From Macrostomum hystrix (lineage: Eukaryota > Animalia > Platyhelminthes), in the NCBI GenBank assembly GCA_950097015.1, contig CATNEN010000039.1, positions 18,538,001-18,602,000 of the forward strand: a DNA stretch of 64,000 bases. Direction: 5' to 3'. The notes beneath the pieces were generated by a model that ran no database searches, was not told where the DNA came from, and saw only the letters and a program-made list of their open reading frames with translations. The position numbers and the translations under genes were made by a program. This document shows, piece by piece, positions 25,301 through 36,796 of the stretch (its first letter is position 1; each line of letters begins with the position of its first letter).

Positions 25301-28300
25301 ACCTGACTCATCTGACACCTGACTCATCTGACACCTGACTCACCTGAAACCTGACTCATCTGACACCTGACTCATCTGACACCTGACTTATCTGACAACC
25401 TGACTCACCTGACACCTGACTCGCCTGACTCACCTGACTCATCTGACACCTGACTTATCTGACACCTGACTCATCTGACACCTGACATATCTGACACGTC
25501 CCTGCTAGTCATGGAAGACACTTCCCTACTGGTCAAGGAAGGCACTTCTCTACTGGTCATGTATGGCACTTCCTTACTGGTCATGGAAGACAGTTCCCTA
25601 CTGGTCATAGAAGACACGTTTCTACAAGTCGTAGAGGACACTTCCCAACAGGTCATGGATTCCTTACTGGTCATAGCAGACACATCCCTACTAGTCATAG
25701 ATGAAACTTCCCATGGTGTCATTGAGATACTCATTAAACTGATCACAATAAATTCACTTCGGCACCAATTAAAGATCGGCACGACTGGGACCTCGCCTGC
25801 ACTCAGCGATAAGAAGGCCTATCCGTACTATTTCCGAATGTGCGGCATTGATAGCCAGTACACGGAGCTCATTATGCGGCTATTGTTAAAGTACAAATGG
25901 CGCAAAATTGGCCTCCTAGCGGCCGATTCGACTGGCTTTTATCCCGTGAGAATTGCAGTGGACTTTTTCTTCTGCCTAGTAATTAAATAAAGCAAGCATT
26001 CGAGTTTCTGTTCTACTTCTTTCAGGTTGCACTGGAACTAGAGGACGCAATGAAGTCTTACAACATCACCCAGTTCGAAAAGGTCATCTTCAATCAAGAG
26101 CCCAGCGATCAGATTGGAATTCTGGTGGTGAGCGACCCGGTTATGAAGCTGGCCTTTTTGTGGGAACTTCCATGACCAGTAGGGAAGTGCCTTCCATGAC
26201 CAGTAGGGAAATATCTTCAATGACCAGTAGGGAAGTGTCTTCGATGACCAGTAGGGAAGTGTCTTCCATGACCAGTAGGAAATGTCTACCATGACCTGTA
26301 GGGAAGTGTCTTCCATGACCAGCAGGGACGTGTCAGATAAGTCAGGTGTCAGATGAGTCATGTGTCAGATGAGTCAGGAGTCAGATGAGTCTTTAGTCAG
26401 GGAACTGTCTTCCATGACCAGTAGGGAACTGTCTTCCATCACCAGTAGGGAACTGTCTTCCATGACCAGTAGGGAACTGTCTTCCATCACCAGTAGGGAA
26501 CTGTCTTCCATGACCAGTAGGGAACTGTCTTCCATGACCAGTAGGGAACTGTCTTCCATGACCAGTAGGGAACTGTCTTCCATGACCTGTAGAGAACTGT
26601 CTTCCATGACCAGTAGGGAACTGTCTTCCATGACCAGTAGGGAACTGTCTTCCATGACCAGTAGGGAACTGTCTTCCATGACCAGTAGGGAACTGTCTTC
26701 CATGACCAGTAGGGAACTGTCTTCCATGACCAGTAGGGAACTGTCTTCCATGACCAGTAGGGAACTGTCTTCTATGACCAGTAGGGAACTGTCTTCCATG
26801 ACCAGTAGGGAACTGTCTTCCATGACCAGTAGGGAACTGTCTTCCATGACCAGTAGGGAACTGTCTTCCATGACCAGTAGGGAACTGTCTTCCATGACCA
26901 GTTCCAAAGCAACTGTACTGAACAGTCGGACCTAAAACCGTTACACCCATTACAGAAAAAAGACATCAGAATATTCATCATAGTTCGCATTGTTTTCTAC
27001 GAACGTGGCCCAACTCGTCTCGAGTGTCAGGTGAGCGGACTGTCAGAAATTCGATTTGAAATATTCGCCTGAAAATGAAAAAGTATAGGCTCCGTTACTT
27101 CTGTTCCAGATAGCAAAGTACAAGCTGTTCGGGCCGAAGTACATGTGGATCCAGCTGGGTTTCACTCAGTCGACGTCGCCATTTTTTGGCGGCTGCAATC
27201 GGGCCGAAGCTATGGCTGCCATCGAAGGCTCCCTGGAGTTTGACAGCGCAATTAGCGACATCAGCTTTCCGAGACCAATTAGCATGCTTGGACTGGTGTG
27301 ATAATGATCTGTTTGTTGTCAAGGGGCAATTTTAGGGCTTTGTGAAATTTGGGATCATTGTAAAATTTGGGATCATTGTGAAGTTTGGGATCATTGTGAA
27401 GTTTGGGATCATTGTGAAGTTTGGGATCATTGTGAAGTTTGGGATCATTGTGAAGTTTGGGATCATTGTGAAGTTTGGGATCCTTGTGAAGTTTGGGATC
27501 ATTGTGAAGTTTGGGATCATTGTGAAGTTTGCGATCAATGTGAAGTTTGGGATCCTTGTGAAGTTTGGGATCATTGTGAAGTTTGGGATCATTGTGAAGT
27601 TTGGGATCCTTGTGAAGTTTGGGATCATAGTGAAGTTTGTGATCGGTGGGAAGGTTGAGGATAGTTATCAAGTGGGATAATTTTTGGGATAATTACGCAC
27701 TTTGTTCCCAGACCGCTGAGGAGATGCTGGATGAGCTGAAGTCAGCCAGTCCGGCCGCCGGTCGCTTCGCAACTGCTTCGACAATCTACGGCCTAGATCT
27801 GAAGTTCGATTCCATTCTGGCAGCCGCCCTAGCCATCAACCGTACCCTGCAGACTGAAGTGTATAGGCCGGATGAAATTGTTAAGGGTGACACGTCGTTC
27901 AAGCGGGTTCTGTTCAACAGTTTCAAAGCCCTGGACTTTGTCGGACTATCGGTGAGTGAGCACACAGCATTTAGCAAGTACGCAGTGCATTGTGAGCACA
28001 TTTCACATAAAATAATCTAAATTATTTTCATCTCAGGGTCGAGTTGCTTTTAACGATAAGAATGATCGAACATCAATGCTCCTTGTCTACCAGATTCGAA
28101 GTACGTTGATCAATACGAAATTAAGTTTAGTTAAAACTTGTAATTTTAAGGCCTAAATAATTTTTTTACGCCTTTGATTGTAGACATGTCAAGAGATCTT
28201 GTAGCCACATTTGATCCGACTGATAACCAGATCAACTGGTTGAAGAATTTGTGGTTTGCGGGTGAGTAAATTACTGATTTTATTCTTACGTCCATCGAGA

Positions 28301-31300
28301 ATGGAGACAGAAAAGGGGAAGATAGAGACAGATGAGGTCTGAATAGAGACAGATGAGGTGAGGATAGAGACAGATAAGGTCAGGATGATAGAGACAGATG
28401 AGGTCTGGATAGAGACAGATGAGGTCTGGATAGAGACAGATGAGGTCTGGATAGAGACAGATGAGGTGAGGATAGAGACAGATAAGGTCAGGATGATAGA
28501 CACAGATAAGGTCTGGATAGAGACAGATGAGGTGAGGATAGAGACAGATAAGGTCAGGATAGAGACAGATAAGGTCAGGATAGAGACAGATAAGGTCAGG
28601 ATGATAGAGACAGATAAGGTCAGGATGATAGAGACAGATGAGGTCTGGATAGAGACAGATGAGGTGAGGATAGAGACAGATAAGGTCAGGATGATAGAGA
28701 CAGATGAGGTCTGGATAGAGACAGATGAGGTCTGGATAGAGACAGATGAGGTGAGGATAGAGACAGATAAGGTCAGGATGATAGAGACAGATAAGGTCAG
28801 GATGATAGAGACAGATGAGGTCTGGATAGAGACAGATGAGGTGAGGATAGAGACAGATAAGGTCAGGATAGAGACAGATAAGGTCAGGATAGAGACAGAT
28901 AAGGTCAGGATGATAGAGACAGATAAGGTCAGGATGATAGAGACAGATGAGGTCTGGATAGAGACAGATGAGGTGAGGATAGAGACAGATAAGGTCAGGA
29001 TGATAGAGACAGATGAGGTCTGGATAGAGACAGATGAGGTGAGGATAGAGACAGATAAGGTCAGGATAGAGACAGATGAGGTCTGGATAGAGACAGATGA
29101 GGTGAGGATAGAGACAGGTGAGGTGAGGATAGAGATAGGTGAGGTGAGGATAGAGACAGATAAGGTCAGGATAGAGACAGGTGAGGTGAGGATAAAGGCA
29201 CATGAAAAAGAAAATCTGTGCAAAAAAACTGACAATCGGAGGAGAGAGGCGCATTGGAATCGAATCGTGTCAATCCAGGCGGCAAGCCACCCGTGGACTC
29301 TCCGCAACTGGAGCTGCGGCCGTCCAGGTTGAGTCGGGCCAGCGCGGCAGCAGTCGCCGGGTTCTCAGGCGCCGGAGTCCTACTCAGCATCGTGTCAATT
29401 ATGCTGAGCATAGGATTTAGGCGTGAGTCGGCTTTTAGTTTGAGCTGCCCGATAACTAATAATTGCATCGCTATTGGCTGTCTGTTGTGTTACTCCGCCT
29501 GCGTGGTCATGGCTGTCAACGCCTACCGCGGCGCCACCGTGGAGTTTTGCTGGGCCCAGACTGCGGTGCTGGCTGGCGGCTACTCCATAGCCATGGGAGC
29601 CATGCTCACAAAGAGCTGGAGGACGCATCGCATCTACGCTGACAAGCGGCTGATAAATAGAAAGGTGAGGAGTGGGTGAATTAGTGTGATTTGGGTGAGG
29701 AGTGGGTGTATGGGTGTGATATGGGTGAGTAGTGGGTGTATGGGTGTGATATGGGTAAGGAGTGGGTAAATGGGTGTTATATGGGTGAGGAATGGGTGAA
29801 TTGTGTGATATGGGTGAGGAGTATGTGAATGGGTGTGATATGGGTGAGGAATGGGTGAATGGGTGTGATATGGGTGAGGAGTGGGTGTATGGGTGTGATA
29901 TGGGTGAGGAGTTGGTGAATGGGTGTGATATGGGTGAGGAGTGGGTGTATGGGTGTGATATGGGTGAGGAGTTGGTGAATGGGTGTGATATGGGTGAGGA
30001 GTTGGTGAATGGGTGTGATTTTGGTAGGTTTATAGGGTGCCTGAAAGATTGTGAAATAAGGTCTAGATAAAAGGCATAAAATCAAGCTTGTTCCCGCGTG
30101 AATTTCAGCCAATCAGCAACTGGCACCTGTCGGTGGCTATTTCCATCGGTATCTGCCTAGACGCATTGACGCTGATTGCGTGGGCCCTGACTGACCCGCT
30201 GCAGGTTGTTGTGATGAACCTGGGCGACACGGTAAATTTTTTTCGTTTGAGTTTTAAAGAAGCCCATTATATTCAGTTTTCGTGTTTTTTTTCAAGGAGT
30301 TGGAGTCGCTTGGCAAGATTATTCGTCATCAGGTTGCTATTTGCCAGTCGAATTCGCACAATATCTGGATCGGCGCGCTAGTCGGTGTTAAAGGTGAGAA
30401 TATAACTACTAATAGTAGTACAAATAGATGATAGAAATAGCTGGGGAATTAACCGTCTTGTTCAAAGACACAAATAATGGCAGTTGTGCAAGCTCTCTAA
30501 CCTGAAAGGGCTACTACTTTAAGTAGTGTTGAACTTCAAGCTTTAATATGGGACTTGACTAAAAGCAAGGAATCAAATAACATCTTCGATTACTATGTCA
30601 GTAGTAGCAACCGAAATAAACATATTATTTGTAGTTAGTTCAGGGGTGAGTGGCAGAGCGGTCTAACGCGTTGGCCTCTCGTACCAAGGTCCCTGAGCTC
30701 GATTCCGCGGCGAGGCCACATTTATTTGGGGGCGCAGCCGCAGAGAGAAGGCTTTGGGACTTGAGGGCTCAAGGGCCAGCCTCCAAGGCATAGTGAGAGT
30801 GTACACTGCTTGACGATGAGAAAGTCATAGCAGATGTACACACCTGTGTGAGCATGTACCTGCATACAGTATCTGTGTGTGCGTATGCTCAGGAGTAAGC
30901 GGAATGGGCAGAATTGCCTCGCTGGCTGCGGGTCAAGTGCCACCAAATAATGTGCCATTGCCAACGGCCCTCCTGCAATAAATATTAGTATTATAGTACT
31001 CGTATTTATTCAAAAGGCACTTAAATACAAGTTGTTGTCTGTCCTATTCGCACAGTTATTCTGCTTCTATTTGGCGTGTTCTTCGCCTGGGAGACGCGCA
31101 ATATCCAGCTGGCCGTGATTAACGACTCCAAACAGATCGGCTACGGCATCTACAACACCTTGGTGATGGGATTTGTAGGCCTAGCCCTTGGCTTCACCCT
31201 GCCAGTTAGCGAGATTGAGCTAAGCACCTGCCTGCTAGCCTCGTGTGTACTGATTTGTCTCACCGTCATACTGGCTCTAGTCTTCGGACACAAGGTACGG

Positions 31301-31530
31301 TTAGTACCAAAATAGCACAGAATCTGTTAAATTAGAAATCGATAAAAAGCGTAGCAACTCTCTATCCAAACTCGAAGGTTCTCATACTAACTGGTCACGT
31401 GATTGATACACCGGACTTCAACAATGGATCGACAGTGGATCGAGTCGGGACCAATTGGTCATCGGCTGCAGGTCAGTCGCGCCTGGGAAGTCAGCCGCCC
31501 AGTCAGCAGTTTGGGAGCAGCAACTTCTGA
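22351..31530 (+). CDS. GABA-B-receptor-like class C GPCR (Venus flytrap + 7TM), 14 exons, ~758 aa
   Basis: Exons 22351-22575, 24260-24397, 25775-25945, 26026-26127, 26956-27030, 27110-27295, 27712-27951, 28037-28100, 28184-28261, 29279-29664, 30109-30231, 30297-30393, 31056-31294, 31378-31530. All are GT-AG with consistent phases (2277 nt). Signal peptide plus GABA-B family motifs SPALSDKKAYPYYFR, KDIRIFI, LFGPKYMWI, FVGLSGRVAF, GGKPPVD, GAMLTKSWR, AWETRNI...INDSKQIG. No cysteine-rich domain. Confidence 0.9.
22662..22960 (+). mobile_element. SINE family B, near full length (tRNA head, CORE-like domain, structured 3' end, A tail)
   Basis: TAGCCTAGTAATTAGCGCG A-box-like, GGTTCGATTCCC B box, GTCCTTTAGCAAGACACTTAA and CACCCAGCTGTTAAATGGGTACC. 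Homologous copies at 1940 and 32085. Confidence 0.88.
22965..24090. repeat. Minisatellite with TGTCTAACAGGTG core (degenerate 22965-23165; homogeneous 22-bp GAAGTGTCTAACAGGTGTTTAT 23482-24090)
   Basis: Tandem units either side of a SINE. Confidence 0.93.
23198..23480 (-). mobile_element. SINE family A copy (5'-truncated)
   Basis: Reverse complement of 30715-30985. Confidence 0.88.
24415..25715 (+). repeat. 16-bp ACACCTGACTCATCTG array (24415-25498) followed by degenerate 24-bp CTACTGGTCATGGAAGACACTTCC array
   Basis: Tandem units in GPCR intron 2. Confidence 0.95.
26165..26902 (-). repeat. Inverted copy of the intron-2 arrays (24-bp, then 16-bp) plus a homogeneous 24-bp expansion AGGGAACTGTCTTCCATGACCAGT
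   Basis: 26300-26350 is the reverse complement of 25480-25530, including the junction between the two unit types. Confidence 0.95.
27340..27645. repeat. Minisatellite, 18-bp GTGAAGTTTGGGATCATT
   Basis: Tandem units in GPCR intron 6. Confidence 0.95.
28320..29195. repeat. Minisatellite, 21/24-bp GATAGAGACAGATGAGGTCTG
   Basis: Tandem units in GPCR intron 9. Confidence 0.95.
29663..30022. repeat. Minisatellite, 30-bp GGTGAGGAGTGGGTGTATGGGTGTGATATG, starting at the exon-10 donor
   Basis: Tandem units in GPCR intron 10. Confidence 0.93.
30643..30985 (+). mobile_element. SINE family A, full length
   Basis: tRNA-like head GGGGTGAGTGGCAGAGCGGTCTAACGCG...GAGCTCGATTCC. Body shared by at least 8 copies in the window. 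Confidence 0.9.
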
Positions 31531-32084
31531 CTTGGAGCTGGCCGATTTTGTGACGAAAGATTCTGACTCAAGAGATAGCAGAGAGCAGAGATAGCATACT
31601 GATAATACATCATTGCTGTTGTCATCTAGTTAAAGGTGTCAGTACACCGTAGCATAGCCTGTATGATGTTCAACAGAATACCCGAGTCCTAATGGTGATT
31701 ACCAGAATACCTGGGCCTTCGAAGTGTTTACCAAAACAAAACAGTTTTCAGGTCTTCAGGTGCGAGCCGTAGATCTTTGACGTAGTAAATGCTGTTAGTA
31801 TTATTAGTAGTTACCCTTGACCTTTGATAAATCATGATTATTTCGCACCTTAGATTCTTACCGTTAGTTTTTAGATGAATAAGTAGTCTACTTAGCATCG
31901 TTTACACATAGTAGTTTACACAGTCAAATGGTCTTCAATTTTGTGGCAAGCTTGAAATAAATTTGAAACTTGATTATACGCTCGTATTATCAGAAACTTA
32001 ATATGCTGCAACTGTGTTTCTTATTTTACTCAAAACGGAGTACTCTGTTCTGTACGAGCAACTAGTATTGCTTAGTCTGATACG

Positions 32085-32610
32085 AGGGGTTTTAGACTTG
32101 TGGTTAGAGCGTCGAACTTTCGACTTAAAGGTCGGGGGTTCGTTTCCCGACTCCTTTTCAAGACACTTCACTCTGCATTGGTTCATTTCACCCAGCTACC
32201 AGTAGAACTACCTGCAAATTTTTGTGCTGCACCCGAACGGAGCAACGCAAGAACATGAAACTCAAGAACACGGGCCAAATTTCTGTTTTTGAACAAGAAT
32301 CAATTCGCCAGCTCTTCAGACCGTCGAGATATTCAATGGTTCTGACCCAAGGTCTCCCAGAAACATTTTCACATTTTCAGGGGAACCCCTTGGTATAAAA
32401 ATGGGTGGCAAAATGGCTTGGTAGTCCTACTGTTAAATGGGTTCCAGCATCAGCTGGGGTAATTGAGTGTGGGTGTTGCGTCCCCTCAGTCCATGGGACA
32501 AAACAGCCGTACGCAGCCTTCAGATGCGCCGCGCAATAGCTGCGGTTGTGCTATCGGCTGCACATCTGGCCCAATTGGACCAGGTTTGATCAATTATTAT
32601 TATTATTACG
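32085..32610 (+). mobile_element. SINE family B copy interrupted by a small TIR element
   Basis: Homology to 22662-22960 at 32085-32198 and 32433-32610, (ATT)n tail. Confidence 0.85.
32200..32432. mobile_element. MITE-like insertion with 13-bp TIRs (hAT-like CAG termini)
   Basis: CAGTAGAACTACC ... GGTAGTCCTACTG splits an otherwise contiguous SINE. No clear TSD. Confidence 0.6.
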
Positions 32611-32650
32611 AGTATAGCTACGAGTCTTAGACACACAGTAACTAATATTC

Positions 32651-32990
32651 GGGGGTCGGTGGCAGAGCGGTTAACGCGTTTGCCTCTCGCACCACGGTCC
32701 CTAAGTTCGATTACACGGCGAGGCCACATTTATTTGGGGCGCAGACGCGGAGAGAAGGCTTTGGGGGCTTGTCGTGCGTGCAATTTACGCCCTTGAGGGC
32801 CAATTGCGACCTCCAAGGCCCAGTGAAAGTCTGCACTGCTTGACAATGAGAAAGTCAGGCCTGCCTACAGTATCTGTGTGTGTATGCTCAGGAGTCAGCG
32901 ATATGGACAGAATTGCCTCCTTGCTGGCTGCGCGTCTAGTGTCACCAAATGATGTGCCATTGCACGCAGCCCTCCTGCAATTATTTTTAT
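32651..32990 (+). mobile_element. SINE family A copy
   Basis: tRNA-like head and body homologous to 30643-30985. Confidence 0.88.
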
Positions 32991-33632
32991 AACTTTTAAC
33001 TAATATTCTGATCGAGAATAAGCCCAATGGAATGCAGTATTTGCCAAGGCAGTGTATCTGCGTTTCACAGCTGACGCAGTAGAAGGAGTAGAAGGATCTC
33101 CGTAGTGTATTTTTTTGCGAAAACAAGCCCTAATTTTTTCTTTTTTACTTAAGAAACGTAGTTTCCCGTCCTACTCCTAGTGGTCCTTGATACAATATAC
33201 AGAAGCAATTGATCAGGACCAAATCGAAGGGAGTATGAAGAACTGCGGAACCTGCAGCTATAGTGTTGGCTTAAAATCGGCAAGACAATACAGTTCCACA
33301 TGCAATATAGTCTTAGAGCTGGAAACGCAACTCTTGAAGTAGGACCAGAGTACATTGCATACACAGCTGCTTTGCCAGTACCAATTCGGAATTGACTCGG
33401 ACGGAATAAGACAGCGAGTGTGAGAAAGAATCAGATCGATATCAAATCTACCAGCAAATGCTGCGCTGTAAAAAGTTACCCACTCTCTACTCTCGAGCCA
33501 GAAATTCTGACTCAACAACCCGTAAGAGCTAAGCAGCTATAGTTCTGCGTAGTACGATCAAAGTGTCACTGGAACGCAGCAGAAAGGCAGACTCAAAGAA
33601 GGAACTGTTCAAGTAGTTCGGCCTATACAGCC

Positions 33633-35008
33633 ATGTTCTACAGCTGCGCCTTGATCTTCTTTTTGTGCTCATCTGGCTGTCTGCTCACAATCGGTCTATT
33701 TAGTGATCGCTGGCTGCTGGTCGAGGTCTCACTAAAGGAGACGGACAAGATTCGAGTCACGACCTACGTCAGTGTGGGACTATGGGAGACCCGGCGTAAG
33801 GACAATTTTAATGAGCACTCATGAGTGATTAGCACACGTTCACACAGGTGTGTACATCTGCACTGTCTTTGTCATCGTCAGGCAGTGTACACACTCACTG
33901 TGCCTTGGGGAATCGGCTCTTATATATGACTAAATTGCACGCCAAGCCCCCAAAGCTTTCTTTCCGCGGAATCGAGCTCAGTGACCTTCATGCGAGAGTC
34001 ATTTTAGCGCTCTGCAGCTCACCCAAGCAAACCTGTGAGCATGCTGTTTGACGGCGCAAGGCTGCGGAAGTTGTTTATCAGAAGCCAACCGTTAAAAACA
34101 GAATATTTGTGTCCTTGGGCTGGGAATCGAGCTCCAGACCTCCAGGTTGAGTCGAGAGCTGGAACTATAAATACGAGCGTAAAAGCGTTTCGACTTTAGT
34201 CAATTCAATCTGCAAAAGTTTTTCGAAAGCCAATGACTTTCTTTATCATAGCCTGATCCAGCTTCCTTCGAATTTCAGGAGTCCGCTACTACCACTACTA
34301 TCATCACTATCATCCGTACTTTCATCATCACCACGCGGTGCTAGTCTATCCAAACGACCATATTCAGCACCATGTGCAGGCTCCGCCGCCACCTCCGCCG
34401 ATGCCGCCGCCGCGCCCGACGCAACCAGCATCAAGTCCAACAGTCGTGCCGGTGTTGTCAGCAGTTACAAGCAAGCCGAAGACGGCTGGCGCATTCGGCG
34501 CTGAAATCGCCCTGTCAGGCAAAGAAACGTCCTTCGCCACTGCACACCTGACTGAGAAGACACTTTACCACCTGTCCGACACAAACAGCGGAGCCCTGAT
34601 AGCTATTCGTGTACTGCTGTTTTTTTGCATCGGCTTGACTTTCGGAGCACTGTTCCTGCTGCTAGTAACGGCCTGCAACGACACCAACGTCATCCGGCAT
34701 AGATACAAGGAGAAAAAGCTGGCCTTCACACTAGCCGGACTATGCGCCGTGGCTCGTAAGATTTATTAGCCTCTTTAAAGTGTATGTCAGAGTAGATTGT
34801 CAAATAAATCTGGTCATTCATTTGTATTGCAGTATTACTGACAATCATCAGCTGGTCGGTATTCCTGGGCACAATGTACCACAGTGTGCAGCAGTACGGC
34901 AATGGCGCATCCAACAGTCTGAACGCCGGGTTTGTGTGCAGCGTACTCGCCACCGTGTGCTTGGTTGTGTCAATCATACTATCAGCCTGCACTGTCGATG
35001 AGGATTAA
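33633..35008 (+). CDS. Claudin/PMP22/EMP-superfamily-like tetraspan protein with His/Tyr- and Pro-rich first extracellular loop, ~271 aa
   Basis: Exons 33633-33795, 34279-34755, 34833-35008 (GT-AG, phase 1/1, 816 nt). TM1 is followed by SDRWL and the VSVGLW (W...GLW) signature, then three further hydrophobic segments. Confidence 0.75.
33830..34030 (-). mobile_element. Degenerate SINE family A copy
   Basis: CACACAGGTGTGTACATCTGC...TCATCGTCAGGCAGTGTACAC...GCGGAATCGAGCTCAG. Confidence 0.75.
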
Positions 35009-35247
35009 GCCGTGGCTCATTTACTAAAGTGATAGCAGTGATCTGGTGCCATATGGAAGACTGACTCGGTCAAAATTAATTGTCTAAAATTGTCTAAAAT
35101 CTTGCCTTCTAACTAATGCGCTACTACTCAGACCTATGGATACAATTTAGCGTATAGGTCTTTAGGGTGTTCAGTAAAGTACCTGGCTCTTATGTTTACT
35201 TTATTAACTGGGTCTGAATGGTGACTTAAAGAAAATCTTCGAATGTT

Positions 35248-36335
35248 TACCAGAATACCTGGGTCTTTAGAGTGGCTACCAGAATACCTGGGTCTTTAGA
35301 GTGGCTACCAGAATACCTGGGTCTTTAGAGTGGCTACCAGAATGTGTCTTTAGAGTGGCTACCAGAATACCTGGGTCTTTAGAGTGGCAACCAGAATACC
35401 TGGGTCTTTAGAGTGGCTACCAGAATACCTGGGTCTTTAGAGTGATTACCAGAATTCCCGGGTCTTTAGAGTGTTTACCAGAATACCTGGGTCTTTAGAG
35501 TGGCTACCAGAATACCTGGGTCTTTAGAGTGGCTACCAGAATACCTGGGTCTTTAGAGTGATTACCAGAATACCTGGGTCTTTAGAGTGATTACCAGAAT
35601 ACCTGGGTCTTTAGAGTGATTACCAGAATACCTGGGTCTTTAGAGTGATTACCAGAATACCTGGGTCTTTAGAGTGATTACCAGAATACCTGGGTCTTTA
35701 GAGTGGCTACCAGAATACCTGGGTCTTTAGAGTGGTTACCAGAATGTGTCTTTACAGTGGTTACCAGAATGTGTCTTTAGAGTGATTACCAGAATACCCG
35801 GGTCTTTAGAGTGGCTACCAGAATGTGTCTTTAGAGTGATTACCAGAATACCTGGGTCTTTAGAGTGGTTACCAGAATACCTGGGTCTTTAGAGTGGTTA
35901 CCAGAATACCTGGGTCTTTAGAGTGGTTACCAGAATGTGTCTTTAGAGTGGTTACCAGAATGTGTCTTTAGAGTGGTTACCAGAATGTGTCTTTAGAGTG
36001 ATTACCAGAATACCTGGGTCTTTAGAGTGGCTACCAGAATACCTGGGTCTTTAGAGTGGCTACCAGAATACCTGGGTCTTTAGAGTGGCTACCAGAATAC
36101 CTGGGTCTTTAGAGTGATTACCAAAATTCCCGGGTCTTTAGAGTGTTTACCAGAATACCTGGGTCTTTAGAGTGTTTACCAGAATACCTGGGTCTTTAGA
36201 GTGTTTACCAGAATACCGGGGTCTTTAGAGTGGCTACCAGAATACCTGGTTCTTTAGAGTGATTACCAGAATACCTGGGTCTTTAGAGTGGTTACCAGAA
36301 TACCTGGGTCTTTAGATTGGTTACCAGAATGGGTC
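35248..36335. repeat. Minisatellite, 29-bp ACCAGAATACCTGGGTCTTTAGAGTGGCT
   Basis: Tandem units visible. Confidence 0.96.
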
Positions 36336-36796
36336 TGTGAAGTGTAAACTAGAATTATTATGTACAAGAATACAGGAGGTATTCCTTCATGTTTTTAATT
36401 TACGAATAGGAATACCATAAACCTTTTTTCTTCGTATCTGTTCGGTAAATGCTAATAAAACTGCATGAAAAAACGGATTAGAGTTCTTTTTAACTATCAC
36501 CATTGCAGTAGCTGAAGCCTCAAAGTCCAATGACCAGCGTGTGTGTATATATGTATTTAATTATATAAACAAAGCAGCTCGAGATGTCAAAATTGAAGCA
36601 GATATATAGAAATATCATTAGAAAACAGCAACTGTAATCCAGTAAAGCGAACCAATTAGAAAGGCCGGCGGGCTATGATTTCCAATGATCGATGAACAAA
36701 GGCCAGATATTGTTGATTGCTTCTCCTAGAAGAAAAAGAAAACGAAAAAATTACGCAGAAAAACGTGTTGAACACGTCTTAAGCAGTGGCCAGGTA

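Noticed and set aside
32905-32980. HDV-like ribozyme in the SINE-A 3' region
   Set aside because: A P3/L3-like word is present, but the P1 partner lies downstream and the P1.1/P4/J4-2 order cannot be built.
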